Source: Minisyncoccia bacterium (GTDB lineage Bacteria > Patescibacteriota > Minisyncoccia > Phycocordibacterales > UBA9973). Taken from it: DNA of 64,000 bases. Of this stretch, positions 1-10,200 are shown in pieces. Position numbers and translations under genes: made by a program. The DNA is taken from the NCBI GenBank assembly GCA_039809245.1, contig JBDHUP010000001.1, forward strand, positions 30,934-94,933, read 5' to 3'. How positions within the stretch are numbered: position 1 is the first letter of the stretch; each line of letters starts with the position of its first letter. Under the pieces are notes generated by a model. That model worked only from the letters and a program-made list of their open reading frames with translations. It made no database searches and was not told the DNA's origin.

Positions 1-313
1 GTGGAATTGATCCTGGACCTGGATCCTTTGGAGCTTCAACGACTGGATATATAGAAACCATAGCATCCCCTTCCCCAAAGACTATAGGAGAATCTTTGCT
101 ATTATTTTCACTACTGTCTACTGTTTTTGGAGCTTCAACTGTTGTAACCTTCTCTATCGTTCGTTGTATAACATTATTGATAGTCTGAGGAACACTCTTT
201 GGAGCCTGTTGCATAAGCGATACAGTAATTATTCCTGTAGCTATTGAAACAACAAATGTAATCAGTAAAGTAAGTAGTATTAGTTGTGGTTTATTTAGTT
301 CCTTTAAATCCAT
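1..313 (-). CDS. Partial membrane-anchored hypothetical protein (runs off window start)
   Basis: Not in ORF track. Read by hand from ATG 313: MDLKELNKPQLILLTLLITFVVSIATGIITVSLMQQAP..., with an N-terminal TM helix and TGGTATACT 7 nt upstream. Confidence 0.75.
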   Translation of the reverse strand, partial: MDLKELNKPQLILLTLLITFVVSIATGIITVSLMQQAPKSVPQTINNVIQRTIEKVTTVEAPKTVDSSENNSKDSPIVFGEGDAMVSIYPVVEAPKDPGPGSIP

Positions 314-341
314 ATCACTCAGTATACCACAGCTGTCAAAC

Positions 342-1565
342 CTATTTCCACTGTCTGTATTTAATTAAAATATCTTTAAGATTTTTAACAAAAATATCTA
401 TATCACCTTTTTTTGTTTGTCTACCAAGAGAAATTCTAAGTGATCCGTCTACCGAGCTACTAATTTTATTTCCTTCTTTACGAATGGCAGTTATCACATG
501 AGACTCATCTAATTCATCGCTTTTACAAGCACTCTTTGATGAGACTTCTATCCCTTTTGCATTCAATTCTATTACCAATAATTCACTTGATATATTTGAT
601 ACAGAAATATTAATATTGTTTGGAAGACGATTCACCTCATCACCATTCAAAATTATTTGATAACCTGAAGATTTATTTAATTCTAATATTTTTTTTATTC
701 CATAATCTCGAATTTTTACTAAACGAGCAGATTCTTTTTCTTTTATTTTGTTTGTTAAAGATAAAGCATAAGATATACCAGCAATCGCCATAGTATTTTC
801 AGTTCCAGAGCGTATTCCGAATTCTTGACCTCCACCTTTATATATTGGGTTAATCAAAATGCCTCTTTTCTTATAGAGAACGCCTATTCCTTGTGGACCA
901 TATATCTTAGAGCTATTAAAAGTCAGGAGATCAACCCCCAATTTCTCTATATTTTCTGTATATAAATAATTCATCGCCTGACAAGAATCACTATGGAATA
1001 GGGGTAATTTTGTATTATTTTCTTTTCTATAATGTCTAATAATTTTGGCTATCTGTGTTAGTGGTTGAATCGTTCCAATTTCATTATTGGCATACATTAT
1101 TGATACTAAAACTGTATTCTTCTTAATTGAATTTTTAATCTCTTTTATATCCACAAATCCTTTTTCGTCTACATCTATGTATGTCACTTCAGCTTGTTTG
1201 CTTTCTTCAAGCATTTTACAGTTCTCTAAAACAGCAGCGTGCTCAATCTTTGATGTTATGATATGTGGTTTAACGTTGTCTTTATAAGCACTTACAATAC
1301 CTAAAATAGCGATAGCGTCACTTTCAGTACCACTACCAGTAAAAATAATCTCATCTTCATGTGCAAACAATTCACTAGCTATCCTTTTACGAGCTTCTTT
1401 AATAAGATTAGATGCTTCAATCCCATTTTTATGTATAGCACTAGGATTCCCCAAAAAAGCTCTTTTTTTCAGGTCTAGTTGTTTTACAACTTTTGTATCG
1501 ACTGGGGCAAGAGAAGCATAGTCAAGATAGACAATTTTTTTAATTTTATTGGAAATTTTTATCAT
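342..1565 (-). CDS. iscS: Cysteine desulfurase (IscS/NifS, class V aminotransferase)
   Basis: YLDYAS, GNPSAIH, IIFTGSGTESD, EHAAV, ANNEIG, SSKIYGPQG (PLP Lys), RSGTEN, SSKSAC (catalytic Cys). Confidence 0.92.
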   Translation of the reverse strand: MIKISNKIKKIVYLDYASLAPVDTKVVKQLDLKKRAFLGNPSAIHKNGIEASNLIKEARKRIASELFAHEDEIIFTGSGTESDAIAILGIVSAYKDNVKPHIITSKIEHAAVLENCKMLEESKQAEVTYIDVDEKGFVDIKEIKNSIKKNTVLVSIMYANNEIGTIQPLTQIAKIIRHYRKENNTKLPLFHSDSCQAMNYLYTENIEKLGVDLLTFNSSKIYGPQGIGVLYKKRGILINPIYKGGGQEFGIRSGTENTMAIAGISYALSLTNKIKEKESARLVKIRDYGIKKILELNKSSGYQIILNGDEVNRLPNNINISVSNISSELLVIELNAKGIEVSSKSACKSDELDESHVITAIRKEGNKISSSVDGSLRISLGRQTKKGDIDIFVKNLKDILIKYRQWK

Positions 1566-1635
1566 AAATATTTATATTAAGACACTATATCATATATTGT
1601 AAAAAAGGCTTTATTAGTATATACTCTTTGGAGTT

Positions 1636-2079
1636 ATGACTATATCTATCCTTATATACATACTCTCTGGAGTTATAATTATACTTCTTGTATGGATCGG
1701 TTTACTTGAACACCGCTTGAAAAAGTTTTTTGCTGGCACAAAAGCAAAAAATCTTGAGGAAGTTATGCTCACATTAGGTAAACAAGTAGGAGAACTTCAT
1801 AACACTCAAAAAGTAATTAACGAGCATTTGGTTACTGTCGACAATAGGCTTAATAAATCAATCCGTAATATCGAAACAATCCGCTTCAACCCATTCTTAG
1901 ATGCAGGTAGTAATCAGAGCTTCGCAATTTCATTATTAAATGATGAAGGTGATGGTGTAATATTGTCTAGCTTATATGCTAGAGACAGAATGAGTATATT
2001 TGCAAAACCAATAAAAAAGGGTAAATCTGAATTTGAATTATCTATAGAAGAGAAAGAGGTATTAAAAAAATCAATCTAA
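1636..2079 (+). CDS. DUF4446-like membrane-anchored protein
   Basis: N-terminal TM, coiled coil, then RFNPF.DAGSNQSFAISLL..GDGVILSSLYAR and LS.EE. Confidence 0.8.
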   Translation: MTISILIYILSGVIIILLVWIGLLEHRLKKFFAGTKAKNLEEVMLTLGKQVGELHNTQKVINEHLVTVDNRLNKSIRNIETIRFNPFLDAGSNQSFAISLLNDEGDGVILSSLYARDRMSIFAKPIKKGKSEFELSIEEKEVLKKSI

Positions 2080-2088
2080 ATAAATTAT

Positions 2089-3600
2089 ATGGATAAGAAA
2101 AACACACAATCAAATATTGTGACTCGCCCACCCGTAGTTGTTGTTATGGGGCATGTTGATCATGGAAAATCCACTCTTCTTGATTTTATAAGAAAATCAA
2201 ATACTGTTGCCGATGAGTCAGGTGGTATAACACAACACATAAGTGCTTATGAAGTTACACATAAAGACGAGAAAGGTGAAGATCGACTTATTACTTTCCT
2301 TGATACTCCTGGGCATGAAGCATTTGAGAAAATGCGCGAGCGTGGAGCTATGACTGCTGATATCGCAATATTAGTAGTTTCAGCTGAAGACAGTGTGAAA
2401 GCCCAAACTGTAGAAGCATACAATACTATAATAGAAAGTAAGACTCCTTATATAGTTGCAATAAATAAGATTGATAAATCTAACGCAAATATAGAGAAAG
2501 TAAAGATGGATTTAGTAGAGAAAGGAATATATCTTGAAGGTATGGGCGGTGATATACCTTTTGTGCCAATATCATCTAAAGAAGGTACTGGTATTAATGA
2601 ACTTCTTGATATGGTTCTTCTAGTAGCTGATATTCAAGACCTTACTGGAGATAAATCACTTACAGCAAGTGGAGTAGTCATCGAAGCTAATCGTGAACCA
2701 AAGCGTGGAATTTCTGCAACATGCATCATAAAAAATGGGACATTGCGATCTGGAATGTTTGTTGCATGCGGACAAGCCATAGTTCCAACTAGAATAATGG
2801 AAAACTTTCTGGGTAAACCTGTAAAAGAAGCTACTTTTTCCTCTCCTATACGTCTAGTAGGTTTTGAATCTTTACCTGAAGTTGGAAGTGTATTTGAATC
2901 ATTTAAATCTAAGAAGGAAGCAGAGGCTTACGTCCGTATTGTGAAAGAAGAAAATCTTAGTGATAAAAAGAGTGATATTAATAATGTGTTGTCTGGAAAA
3001 CTCATACCTTTGGTTATAAAAACAGATGTAGCTGGTACAATAGAAGCTCTTGAAAAAGAGATTACTAAGCTAAACTCTGAAGAAATATCATTTAAGATAG
3101 TTAGTAAGGGTGTGGGTGCTATTAACGAGTCAGACTTAATGATGGCACGTGATAATAAAGAGAGTATTATTGTTGGTTTTAATACTAAGATAGACAATGC
3201 TGCTCGAGACTTAAACGAGCAGTTAAAAGTAACCATTGAAACATTTGATATTATCTATAAGCTAACCGACTGGCTAAAAATAATTCTAGAAGAAAGACGT
3301 CCTCGTCAAGAAGTTATTGAAGTCACAGGAACTATAAAGATTTTGAAAACATTTGGGGCAACAAAAGATAAGCAAGTTATAGGTGGAAAGGTTATATCTG
3401 GTCGTATAACTGATGGTGGTATGGTTAGAATAATAAGACGTGATTTTGAAATAGGTAAAGGTAAGATTGTAGGATTACAACTAAACAAAATAAAAACAAA
3501 AGAAGTACTTGAAGGAACAGATTGCGGTATGCTTGTTGATTCTAAGATAGAAATTGCCCCAGGAGATGTATTAGAAGCTTTTATCGTATCTATAAAATAA
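2089..3600 (+). CDS. infB: Translation initiation factor IF-2 (short form, no N-terminal domain)
   Basis: [41 protein letters not shown]; followed by rbfA. Confidence 0.97.
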   Translation: MDKKNTQSNIVTRPPVVVVMGHVDHGKSTLLDFIRKSNTVADESGGITQHISAYEVTHKDEKGEDRLITFLDTPGHEAFEKMRERGAMTADIAILVVSAEDSVKAQTVEAYNTIIESKTPYIVAINKIDKSNANIEKVKMDLVEKGIYLEGMGGDIPFVPISSKEGTGINELLDMVLLVADIQDLTGDKSLTASGVVIEANREPKRGISATCIIKNGTLRSGMFVACGQAIVPTRIMENFLGKPVKEATFSSPIRLVGFESLPEVGSVFESFKSKKEAEAYVRIVKEENLSDKKSDINNVLSGKLIPLVIKTDVAGTIEALEKEITKLNSEEISFKIVSKGVGAINESDLMMARDNKESIIVGFNTKIDNAARDLNEQLKVTIETFDIIYKLTDWLKIILEERRPRQEVIEVTGTIKILKTFGATKDKQVIGGKVISGRITDGGMVRIIRRDFEIGKGKIVGLQLNKIKTKEVLEGTDCGMLVDSKIEIAPGDVLEAFIVSIK

Positions 3601-3601
3601 A

Positions 3602-3928
3602 ATGTCAAATTTTCGATCAGAAAAAATAACAAATCATATAAAAGAGCTTGCGGCAATGTTTATCGAAAAAGAAGCAGGCCCAACATCACTCATAACCGTG
3701 ACTCGAGTTCTTCTCTCTCCTGATAATAAAAAAGCGAGTATCATGATAAGTGTGCTACCAAGAGACAAAGAAGATGCTGCTTTTGGATTTGTAAGACGTA
3801 ATCTAGGAGAATTACGTAAATATATATCGAAGGGTTTGAAAGTTAATCCTGTCCCATTCCTAGATGTTAAGATAGATGAGGGTGAGAAGAATCGCCAAAA
3901 AATTGACGAATTGCTCACGAAAAGTTAG
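3602..3928 (+). CDS. rbfA: Ribosome-binding factor A
   Basis: ITVTRV.LSPD.K.A, P.L.(F/V)..D; directly after infB. Confidence 0.9.
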   Translation: MSNFRSEKITNHIKELAAMFIEKEAGPTSLITVTRVLLSPDNKKASIMISVLPRDKEDAAFGFVRRNLGELRKYISKGLKVNPVPFLDVKIDEGEKNRQKIDELLTKS

Positions 3929-3939
3929 GATAGTCTTAC

Positions 3940-4014
3940 GGCGTGGTGGCGAAGTGGTAACGCTGCGGTCTGCAAAACCGCCATTCGCGGGTTCGATTCC
4001 CGCCCACGCCTCCA
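3940..4014 (+). tRNA. tRNA-Cys(GCA)
   Basis: Acceptor GGCGTGG/CCACGCC, anticodon arm GCGGT-CTGCAAA-ACCGC, T-loop GTTCGATTC, discriminator U, encoded CCA. Confidence 0.97.
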
Positions 4015-4048
4015 CGCGAGAAATCGCGAAGTGTTCACAAGTAAATAT

Positions 4049-4133
4049 GCCCAGGTGGCGGAATTGGTATACGCGCTAGTCTTAGGAACTAGTGGAGCAA
4101 TCCTTGGAGGTTCAAGTCCTCTCCTGGGCACCA
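4049..4133 (+). tRNA. tRNA-Leu(TAG)
   Basis: Acceptor GCCCAGG/CCTGGGC, anticodon arm CTAGT-CTTAGGA-ACTAG, long variable arm GGA-GCAA-TCC, GGTTCAAGTCC, ACCA end. Confidence 0.97.
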
Positions 4134-4964
4134 GAATGGAACAAGTCGCTGTTCTAAAGCTTCAAATCCATTTTTACATTTATACTGCAAGCTATTTTCA
4201 GAAAAATAAAGTTCAGAAAAGATATATCGGGTAAACTTATCTTTTTCAGCAGGGTTAGCAATAAAATCATATAGCATAAGGTTTTTCAAGAGTTCAGAAA
4301 GTTCAATTACTTTTTGAGCAACTTCCAAAATACTTGCAGTAGTAGTCTGCTCCTGTTGCGTTAACTGAACATATTGATTATTCAATTGCATCTCAGATTC
4401 CAGGTAACTTTCCGGAGTATATACGCCTGTTCTGAGTAAATTCAATTTGTTTTGCTGCAAGTAGTTGATATCCTCTTGCGTCTTTCTTTTTTGCCTATCT
4501 ATACTTGCCAAATGCTCTATTCTCTTTTGTTCTACTTCCGGTAATTCTATTTTTGTACTCTTCTCAATTTGAAGAAGCTCATCTTCGGTCAGAATCAATT
4601 TTTCAATAGTTTTTGAGATAACGCTATCGATAATCCCGTTATTAAAATTCTTGGTTTTATTCTCACAAAGAGGTTTACAATTTACACAGTAATACTGTAT
4701 ACCCTTTTTTATATATGGGGTGTAAACCCTTTGACAATTACCACATCGTATTAAACCTCTGTATGGATAAAATAGTTCACTGGAATATTTCACACTTACA
4801 TTTTTCTTATTCAACATCTGTTGCACCTTCATAAAGACTTCTTCGGATATTAATGGTTCATGGCTATTACTTTTTATGAATGTATCATTATTACCCACTA
4901 CACTTGAAAAAGTTGCAAAAGCATCAGGCGTTAAACTGGTTGATTTTTTTGAAGCTGACGACAA
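4089..4964 (-). pseudogene. 5'-truncated large serine recombinase (end of recombinase domain, zinc ribbon and coiled coil)
   Basis: HEPLISEEVFMKVQ, YRGLIRCGNC...YYCVNC...C, coiled coil. No catalytic resolvase domain. C-terminus reads antisense into tRNA-Leu. Confidence 0.75.
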
Positions 4965-5093
4965 TAATTTGGAAGATATAAATTCCTACGATGCTTCTTT
5001 GATGAAAAAGATGGTCTTTGCTTTTGTGGATGCTCTCGTAGGTAAGAAAAATTAAAGGATGCAATTAGTGGCGTTCTATCTGATATAAAGTAA
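4876..5093 (+). pseudogene. XRE-family HTH regulator remnant (truncated, frameshifted)
   Basis: Hand translation MNVSLLPTTLEKVAKASGVKLVDFFEADD..DINSYDASLMKKMVFAFVDALVGKK, stop at 5055; a frameshift in the A-run continues as LKDAISGVLSDIK* to 5093. Confidence 0.55.
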
Positions 5094-5121
5094 GAAAGCT
5101 CCGAAAGGAGCTTTCTTACTT
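5088..5121. terminator. Bidirectional intrinsic terminator
   Basis: Perfect 15-bp stem AAGTAAGAAAGCTCC-GAAA-GGAGCTTTCTTACTT between convergent genes. Confidence 0.85.
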
Positions 5122-5125
5122 ATTT

Positions 5126-5980
5126 TTAAGCATATAGTTTACCAAAATCTTCTCTTCTGTGTGTGTAGTGTTTCCTGTTTTGATACGAGATTTTATTTAG
5201 ACTTTTTAGTTTTGTTATTGGTAATAAGTCACCGTCAATAATATTGGTTGATTCATAAAATAAAAAATCTTTTAGCTTTGTCAAATATTCTATCCCTTTG
5301 ATGCTTGCAATATCTCCTAAATCAATAAGTAAAAGGCGTTTAAGCTTCTTCAAGTGCAACACTTCGGATATGTTAGATATTCCTTTACAACTTTGAATTT
5401 CTAACTCTTCTAATTCGTGCAAATTTTGAAGCCCTTGAAGCGATGTTAATTTCTTTAAATTCCCTAATCGTAAAGTTTTTAAGTCTTTTAATGCTGATAG
5501 TCCTTGAATATTTTCAATGGGTGAATTTAATATTGACAACTCTTTAAGATTAAATAATTTTGAAAACATATCGCTACCTTTTTTATCATAGGTATTAATG
5601 AAAAGCTTTTGAATACTTGATGTTTCAAATAAAGAATCAGAACCTTTTATCCACTCAAAACTACATTCTACAAGGTTAGGAAAAGCATTGAAATTTATTG
5701 GTGTCTTACAGTACGTTGATATTTCAAATTTAAGTAATCCACTTAAACTATATATAGGTTTAATAGATTTTATACTAAAATCAATGATAGTTAGTGATTT
5801 CAGATTGGGAAGAAATTCAAGAAAATCTACATTATCCCCACGCCAACCCTTACTATCATTTAACTCTATTTCTTGTATATTTTTATCTAAAAGCAACTTT
5901 AAATACGAATCTTGCCACAACCCTTTTACAATTGCCTTTGTCCCTAATAATCCATTTTCAAATTCGATATTATTACTCAT
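5126..5980 (-). CDS. Leucine-rich repeat protein, putative immunity protein
   Basis: Repeated LxxLxxLxL units (LPNLKSLTI, LKDLKTLRL, LHELEELEI, LKKLKRLLL); starts 3 nt after the nuclease stop. Confidence 0.8.
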   Translation of the reverse strand: MSNNIEFENGLLGTKAIVKGLWQDSYLKLLLDKNIQEIELNDSKGWRGDNVDFLEFLPNLKSLTIIDFSIKSIKPIYSLSGLLKFEISTYCKTPINFNAFPNLVECSFEWIKGSDSLFETSSIQKLFINTYDKKGSDMFSKLFNLKELSILNSPIENIQGLSALKDLKTLRLGNLKKLTSLQGLQNLHELEELEIQSCKGISNISEVLHLKKLKRLLLIDLGDIASIKGIEYLTKLKDFLFYESTNIIDGDLLPITKLKSLNKISYQNRKHYTHRREDFGKLYA

Positions 5981-5983
5981 AGT

Positions 5984-6457
5984 CTATGGGATTTTAGGTA
6001 ATAAATATTGTCTTGCTGGTCTAATTGGGTTACGGATGTTCTCAAGATACTTGATACCCCCAAAAGAATTTATACGTAACTGTTCTGCGATTTCTCGGGC
6101 AGTTTTACCACCTAAAACTTCTGTGGTTTTAACTACAGTTCCGGGCAATAATTTACCTGATGCAATGTGCTCTTCAAGTCTAGCTGCTATATTCCCTGAT
6201 TGCCCTATGTACGTTTTGCCTGATACTGCTGTAAACTGATAAATACCTTCAGTTGCTTGCACTCCCATTTTAGCTGCATTTAAGATATTTACAGTTTTAG
6301 CAACTACATTATAAGGCAAAGTAGTTACAAGTGCAAGTGCAGAAATTGTTGTAGCAGCATTTTTTGTTGTAAAAAAAGAGGTAGCTGCAACCTGATGCAA
6401 ATAAAAATAATTGGGGTGTCCTTCTACTACAGACTGAATATACTTTTGCTCCCACAT
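5984..6457 (-). CDS. GIY-YIG nuclease domain protein, putative orphan polymorphic-toxin C-terminus
   Basis: EGIYQF...TYIGQSGNIAARLEEH...EIAEQ..I...LENIRN, preceded by an Ala/Thr-rich hydrophobic segment. Confidence 0.7.
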   Translation of the reverse strand: MWEQKYIQSVVEGHPNYFYLHQVAATSFFTTKNAATTISALALVTTLPYNVVAKTVNILNAAKMGVQATEGIYQFTAVSGKTYIGQSGNIAARLEEHIASGKLLPGTVVKTTEVLGGKTAREIAEQLRINSFGGIKYLENIRNPIRPARQYLLPKIP

Positions 6458-6724
6458 CTTATTAGCTTCATCAAAAGGATTATGATAAATGAGTAAGCAA
6501 AATTAAAGAAACTCTATCTAGATACCCTAGCTCTTTGGTGGTCTTAATTGATTGCCACATATAAATGTAAAGTACCTATATTCCATAGGCTAAATAAATA
6601 AACTAGAATGGAACTTGTAGCAGTCTGCTTCTATTGCGCTATAGTGTTTTTTCAAAGGTTCTTGATTTATTCTAAATAAAATGTTATTTTTAATAAAAAT
6701 TGTAAACTACTAAAACTCCTAACT

Positions 6725-7153
6725 ATGCAAAAGACAACAACTGCGTTGCTTATTTTTTGGAAAGACGTAACGTTATTAGCACCGTCAAAATCAAAACACA
6801 GATTAATTGGACAAATTGATCCATTAGCCTGTTCCAACTTATTCTCATCAGAAAGAGAAAGGGTGAATTACATAAAGGATACCCTTGTTGGTAAAAAATT
6901 TGGTGGAAAGAATTTTCACACCAATTTTCATCTGATAAACAATCCTATCAAATTTAATCATGTGGATGAGCTTGGTCAAAAACTTTTTACAGCCTACATT
7001 GCCACTATCAAAAATGAAAAAATATTGAGAAATGGCTTCATTATTGATGAATCAGAAATGTGGGTAAACTTAGAGGAAATTAAAAAAAACAAAGGGTTTA
7101 TAATAAGCCCCATGTTTAAAAAAGCTCTCTGCTGTGTGTCTAAAATTCCCTAA
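6725..7153 (+). CDS. Hypothetical protein, possibly degenerate NUDIX fold
   Basis: Stand-alone ORF with its own terminator; TTALLIFW...WVNLEEI...SPMFKKAL, but no NUDIX box. Confidence 0.55.
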   Translation: MQKTTTALLIFWKDVTLLAPSKSKHRLIGQIDPLACSNLFSSERERVNYIKDTLVGKKFGGKNFHTNFHLINNPIKFNHVDELGQKLFTAYIATIKNEKILRNGFIIDESEMWVNLEEIKKNKGFIISPMFKKALCCVSKIP

Positions 7154-7169
7154 ACCAGAGCAAACGTGT

Positions 7170-7201
7170 AATCCTCAATAAACAATAGTTTATTGAGGAT
7201 T
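7170..7201. terminator. Intrinsic terminator
   Basis: AATCCTCAATAAAC-AATA-GTTTATTGAGGATT followed by T-rich tract. Confidence 0.8.
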
Positions 7202-7236
7202 TTATTTATATTGATGCTAAATTATTATAAGGATCA

Positions 7237-10200
7237 TCAATACAATCCAGAGTTGAACCCCGAAGGAACAGAGCACATGAACGGTCTAGCTCCAAAATTC
7301 GCTGTACCGTCTGAATCTTGATACTGAGAACCCCAAGCTGGGTAAATAGTTCCAGACAGACCAGTGAATGCTGTGCCTAGCGAGCTACAATTCTTATAAA
7401 AACTTATTGTCTTTGAATCCATATCAAGAGCAACACCTATCACATCTCCATTATGCCCTTCGGTTCCATAATACCCTTGGTTACCAACATGGAATTTAAC
7501 ACCGTCATCCATAACCATAGACCACCCTGAAGAATCTTCTCCAAGAATCCTATTGAGATTTGCTGAACTAGTTGCAACTCCGACAAACTGGTCACCTGAT
7601 TTATCTAATTTAACTTCCCAATACCATTTACCACTTGATTTACCGATTTTTGATCTAACAACTCCGATTCCTCTATTCCAAGAAGCGGTAAGGTTTCCAT
7701 TAGAAAGTGAAACCTTTGATCCTTTATCTGAAGGGTTCCATGTAGTATAAGTCACTTTAGATGGTAAAACAACACCGTTATGAACAGTCGCAGAAACAGC
7801 AGAGGCATTCCCAATATTACCAGCCGCATCGTATGCTTTAGCGGTGAGAGAGTACGCACCGTTAGAAACGGTTGTAGTATTCCAAGTTATAGCCCAAGGT
7901 GCTGTAGTATCTGTATCTATCAAAGTATTATTTTTATAAAAATTAACTTTTGTGACTCCAATATTATCTGTAGCACTAGCTGCTAAAGTGACTACACTTG
8001 ATAAGGTTTGACCACTAGAAGGACTTGTGATTGCAACTACTGGAGGTATTGTATCTGGACCAGGAGAAACAGTATTACTCACAATAACAGACACAGGAGT
8101 CGATATAGTACTGTTACCTGCCGCATCGTATGCTTTAGCGGTTAATAAATGTATCCCATTAGAAACGGTTGTAGTATTCCAAGAATAACTATAATTTGAA
8201 GCAGGGTTCCCCGAACCTAATAACACAGGATTGCCAGTAGTAGGATTTCTATAAAAGTCGACATGATCTACCCCTATATTATCACTTACATTAACTATGA
8301 TTACTTTATTCTGTGATATCGTTTGTCCATTAGTAGGGTTTGTGATTAAAACTAATGGAGATGTTGTATCTGGACCATTATTAACAGTAATGGTAACTGT
8401 ATCAGTAGCAAATAAACCTCCATTATCAGTGACTTTTAATTGGAATGTATAAGACCCTTGTGAAAGACCTGTGACACCTGTTCCGACATTATTGGGGGTT
8501 GTCATAGAACCAGAACCTCCAGAGATTTTTGTCCACAGGTATGTTAAAGGACCATTCTCTGGATCACTACTTAGACTTCCAGAAAGAGAAGCTGAATTTG
8601 TAGGAAGAGTTATTGTTTGATCGGCTCCAGCATTTGCAACTGGAGGAAGATTCGAAGATATTAGTGTAGTAAAGTTGTATGTATAATTCGAAGCTAAATG
8701 ATTACCAGCAATATCAGTAATGGCAGTTGTTAAAGTCACTGAATAAGTTACACCCGCTGAAAGTGAAGATAAAGGAGTAATAGTAATCTTATTATTACTA
8801 TATGTTGAAGTAGAAGAAATTATATTAGATCCTTGCTTAATTTGTACACTTGAAGTTGTAACCGTACTTGAATTTAAAGGTTCACTAAATGTCACGACAG
8901 GTTTAATCGTAACAGGTACTCCTGTAGAGTTATTAGTTGGGGTTACACTTACAACTGTAGGAGGAGTAGTATCCGATGGAGGTGGAGTTGAACCTGTTTC
9001 TAGATAACCTATATCAGGAGCAGATCCACTAAATGGAAGACCGACGTTAATCCCAGAGTCGATGAGAGGAGAACTCGCAGATAAAGAATATGTTGAGGTG
9101 TTTGCAAAGGCAGGGTTGATATTAATTAGATTGTTAGCATAGGTATAGTTAACAGGTGCTGGTGCATTTGCAAGTAGCGGAGCATTATCATTCCCATTAC
9201 CATACATATCATTATTACTAATATTAAGATTTGTAATACCAACAGAACTATACTGAGTAATAGGAGCACCCATAGCACCATTAATAATATTATTCTTTAT
9301 ATTAACATTACTTATCGAACCGGAATCTATACTAGGTAATTGAATTCCCCACCAAGTCTGATTTGATGGAGACATAATCATAGTATTATTATAAACACTA
9401 AGACCATTATAAGTTACATTGGTATGACCATCACCTCCAAAATTTATAAAAAATCCTGTACCCTCTCCCATTCCTATATTTTTAATAAGATTTCGACGAA
9501 TAATATTGTTTTTAATAACTGAATTATCTCTTGGAGTATATAGAACGCCAGTTGTAATTTTATCAAAAACATTATCTTCTACTATAGCTGTATCTGTCTG
9601 AAATTCTAACGTAACAGCTGTTTGAATATAATTATTTATATAAGGCATTTGTATCAGATTGTGATGAATCCAAGTTGAAAAAGCATATGAGCCTTTATCT
9701 TGGTAATTTAGATCAATTCCACCACCATTCATTGTATTGTTATAAATCTCCAATCCTTGAACATTGAATAATTCAATGGCAAAATCCCAGTTATTATTAC
9801 CTTCTGGAGCACCGTTCATAATCTTATTGAGAGTATTATTATAGATTTTAACTCCTTTCAAATATCCATCATTCCAATATTTTATAGGCCAACCATTTTG
9901 TCCTTGAGGTCTACTGTCCTGAGTAATAGTATTATTATAAATCAACATGCCATCTTGTCCTCCAATATTTAAAGCTCCTGCTCCATATTGATTATTTACA
10001 TATCTAGCACTATTAGTCATTATATTATCATGAAAAGAATTACCAGTAGCATAAATATTAGGAGCACCATCTCCAGTATCTATTCTACCTCCAAACAAAA
10101 CTCCTCTATCTTTAAAATCTTGTATAGTTGTATTGTAAATACTAACATTACTTCTTCCAGCAACTTGAATTCCCCAGAATGTATGCAAATTCTGACCATC

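Larger units (their letters stand above)
4089..6457. mobile_element. Decayed integrative island at the 3' end of tRNA-Leu
   Basis: Recombinase remnant abutting the tRNA, HTH remnant and toxin/immunity-like pair. Distal att site not found, so the right boundary is uncertain. Confidence 0.55.

Noticed and set aside
2089-3600. infB as a truncated pseudogene
   Set aside because: G-domain and C-terminal domains are intact; short IF-2 forms are normal in reduced genomes
3876-4234. ORFs 3876..4079, 3925..4131 and 4031..4234
   Set aside because: They are translations of the two tRNA genes
6457-7236. Distal att site duplicating the tRNA-Leu 3' end
   Set aside because: No copy of CTCCTGGGCACCA or similar was found, so the island's right end is undefined
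7823-8183. Diversity-generating retroelement (TR/VR pair)
   Set aside because: Repeats are in-frame domain duplications without adenine-specific mismatches, and there is no reverse transcriptase in the window
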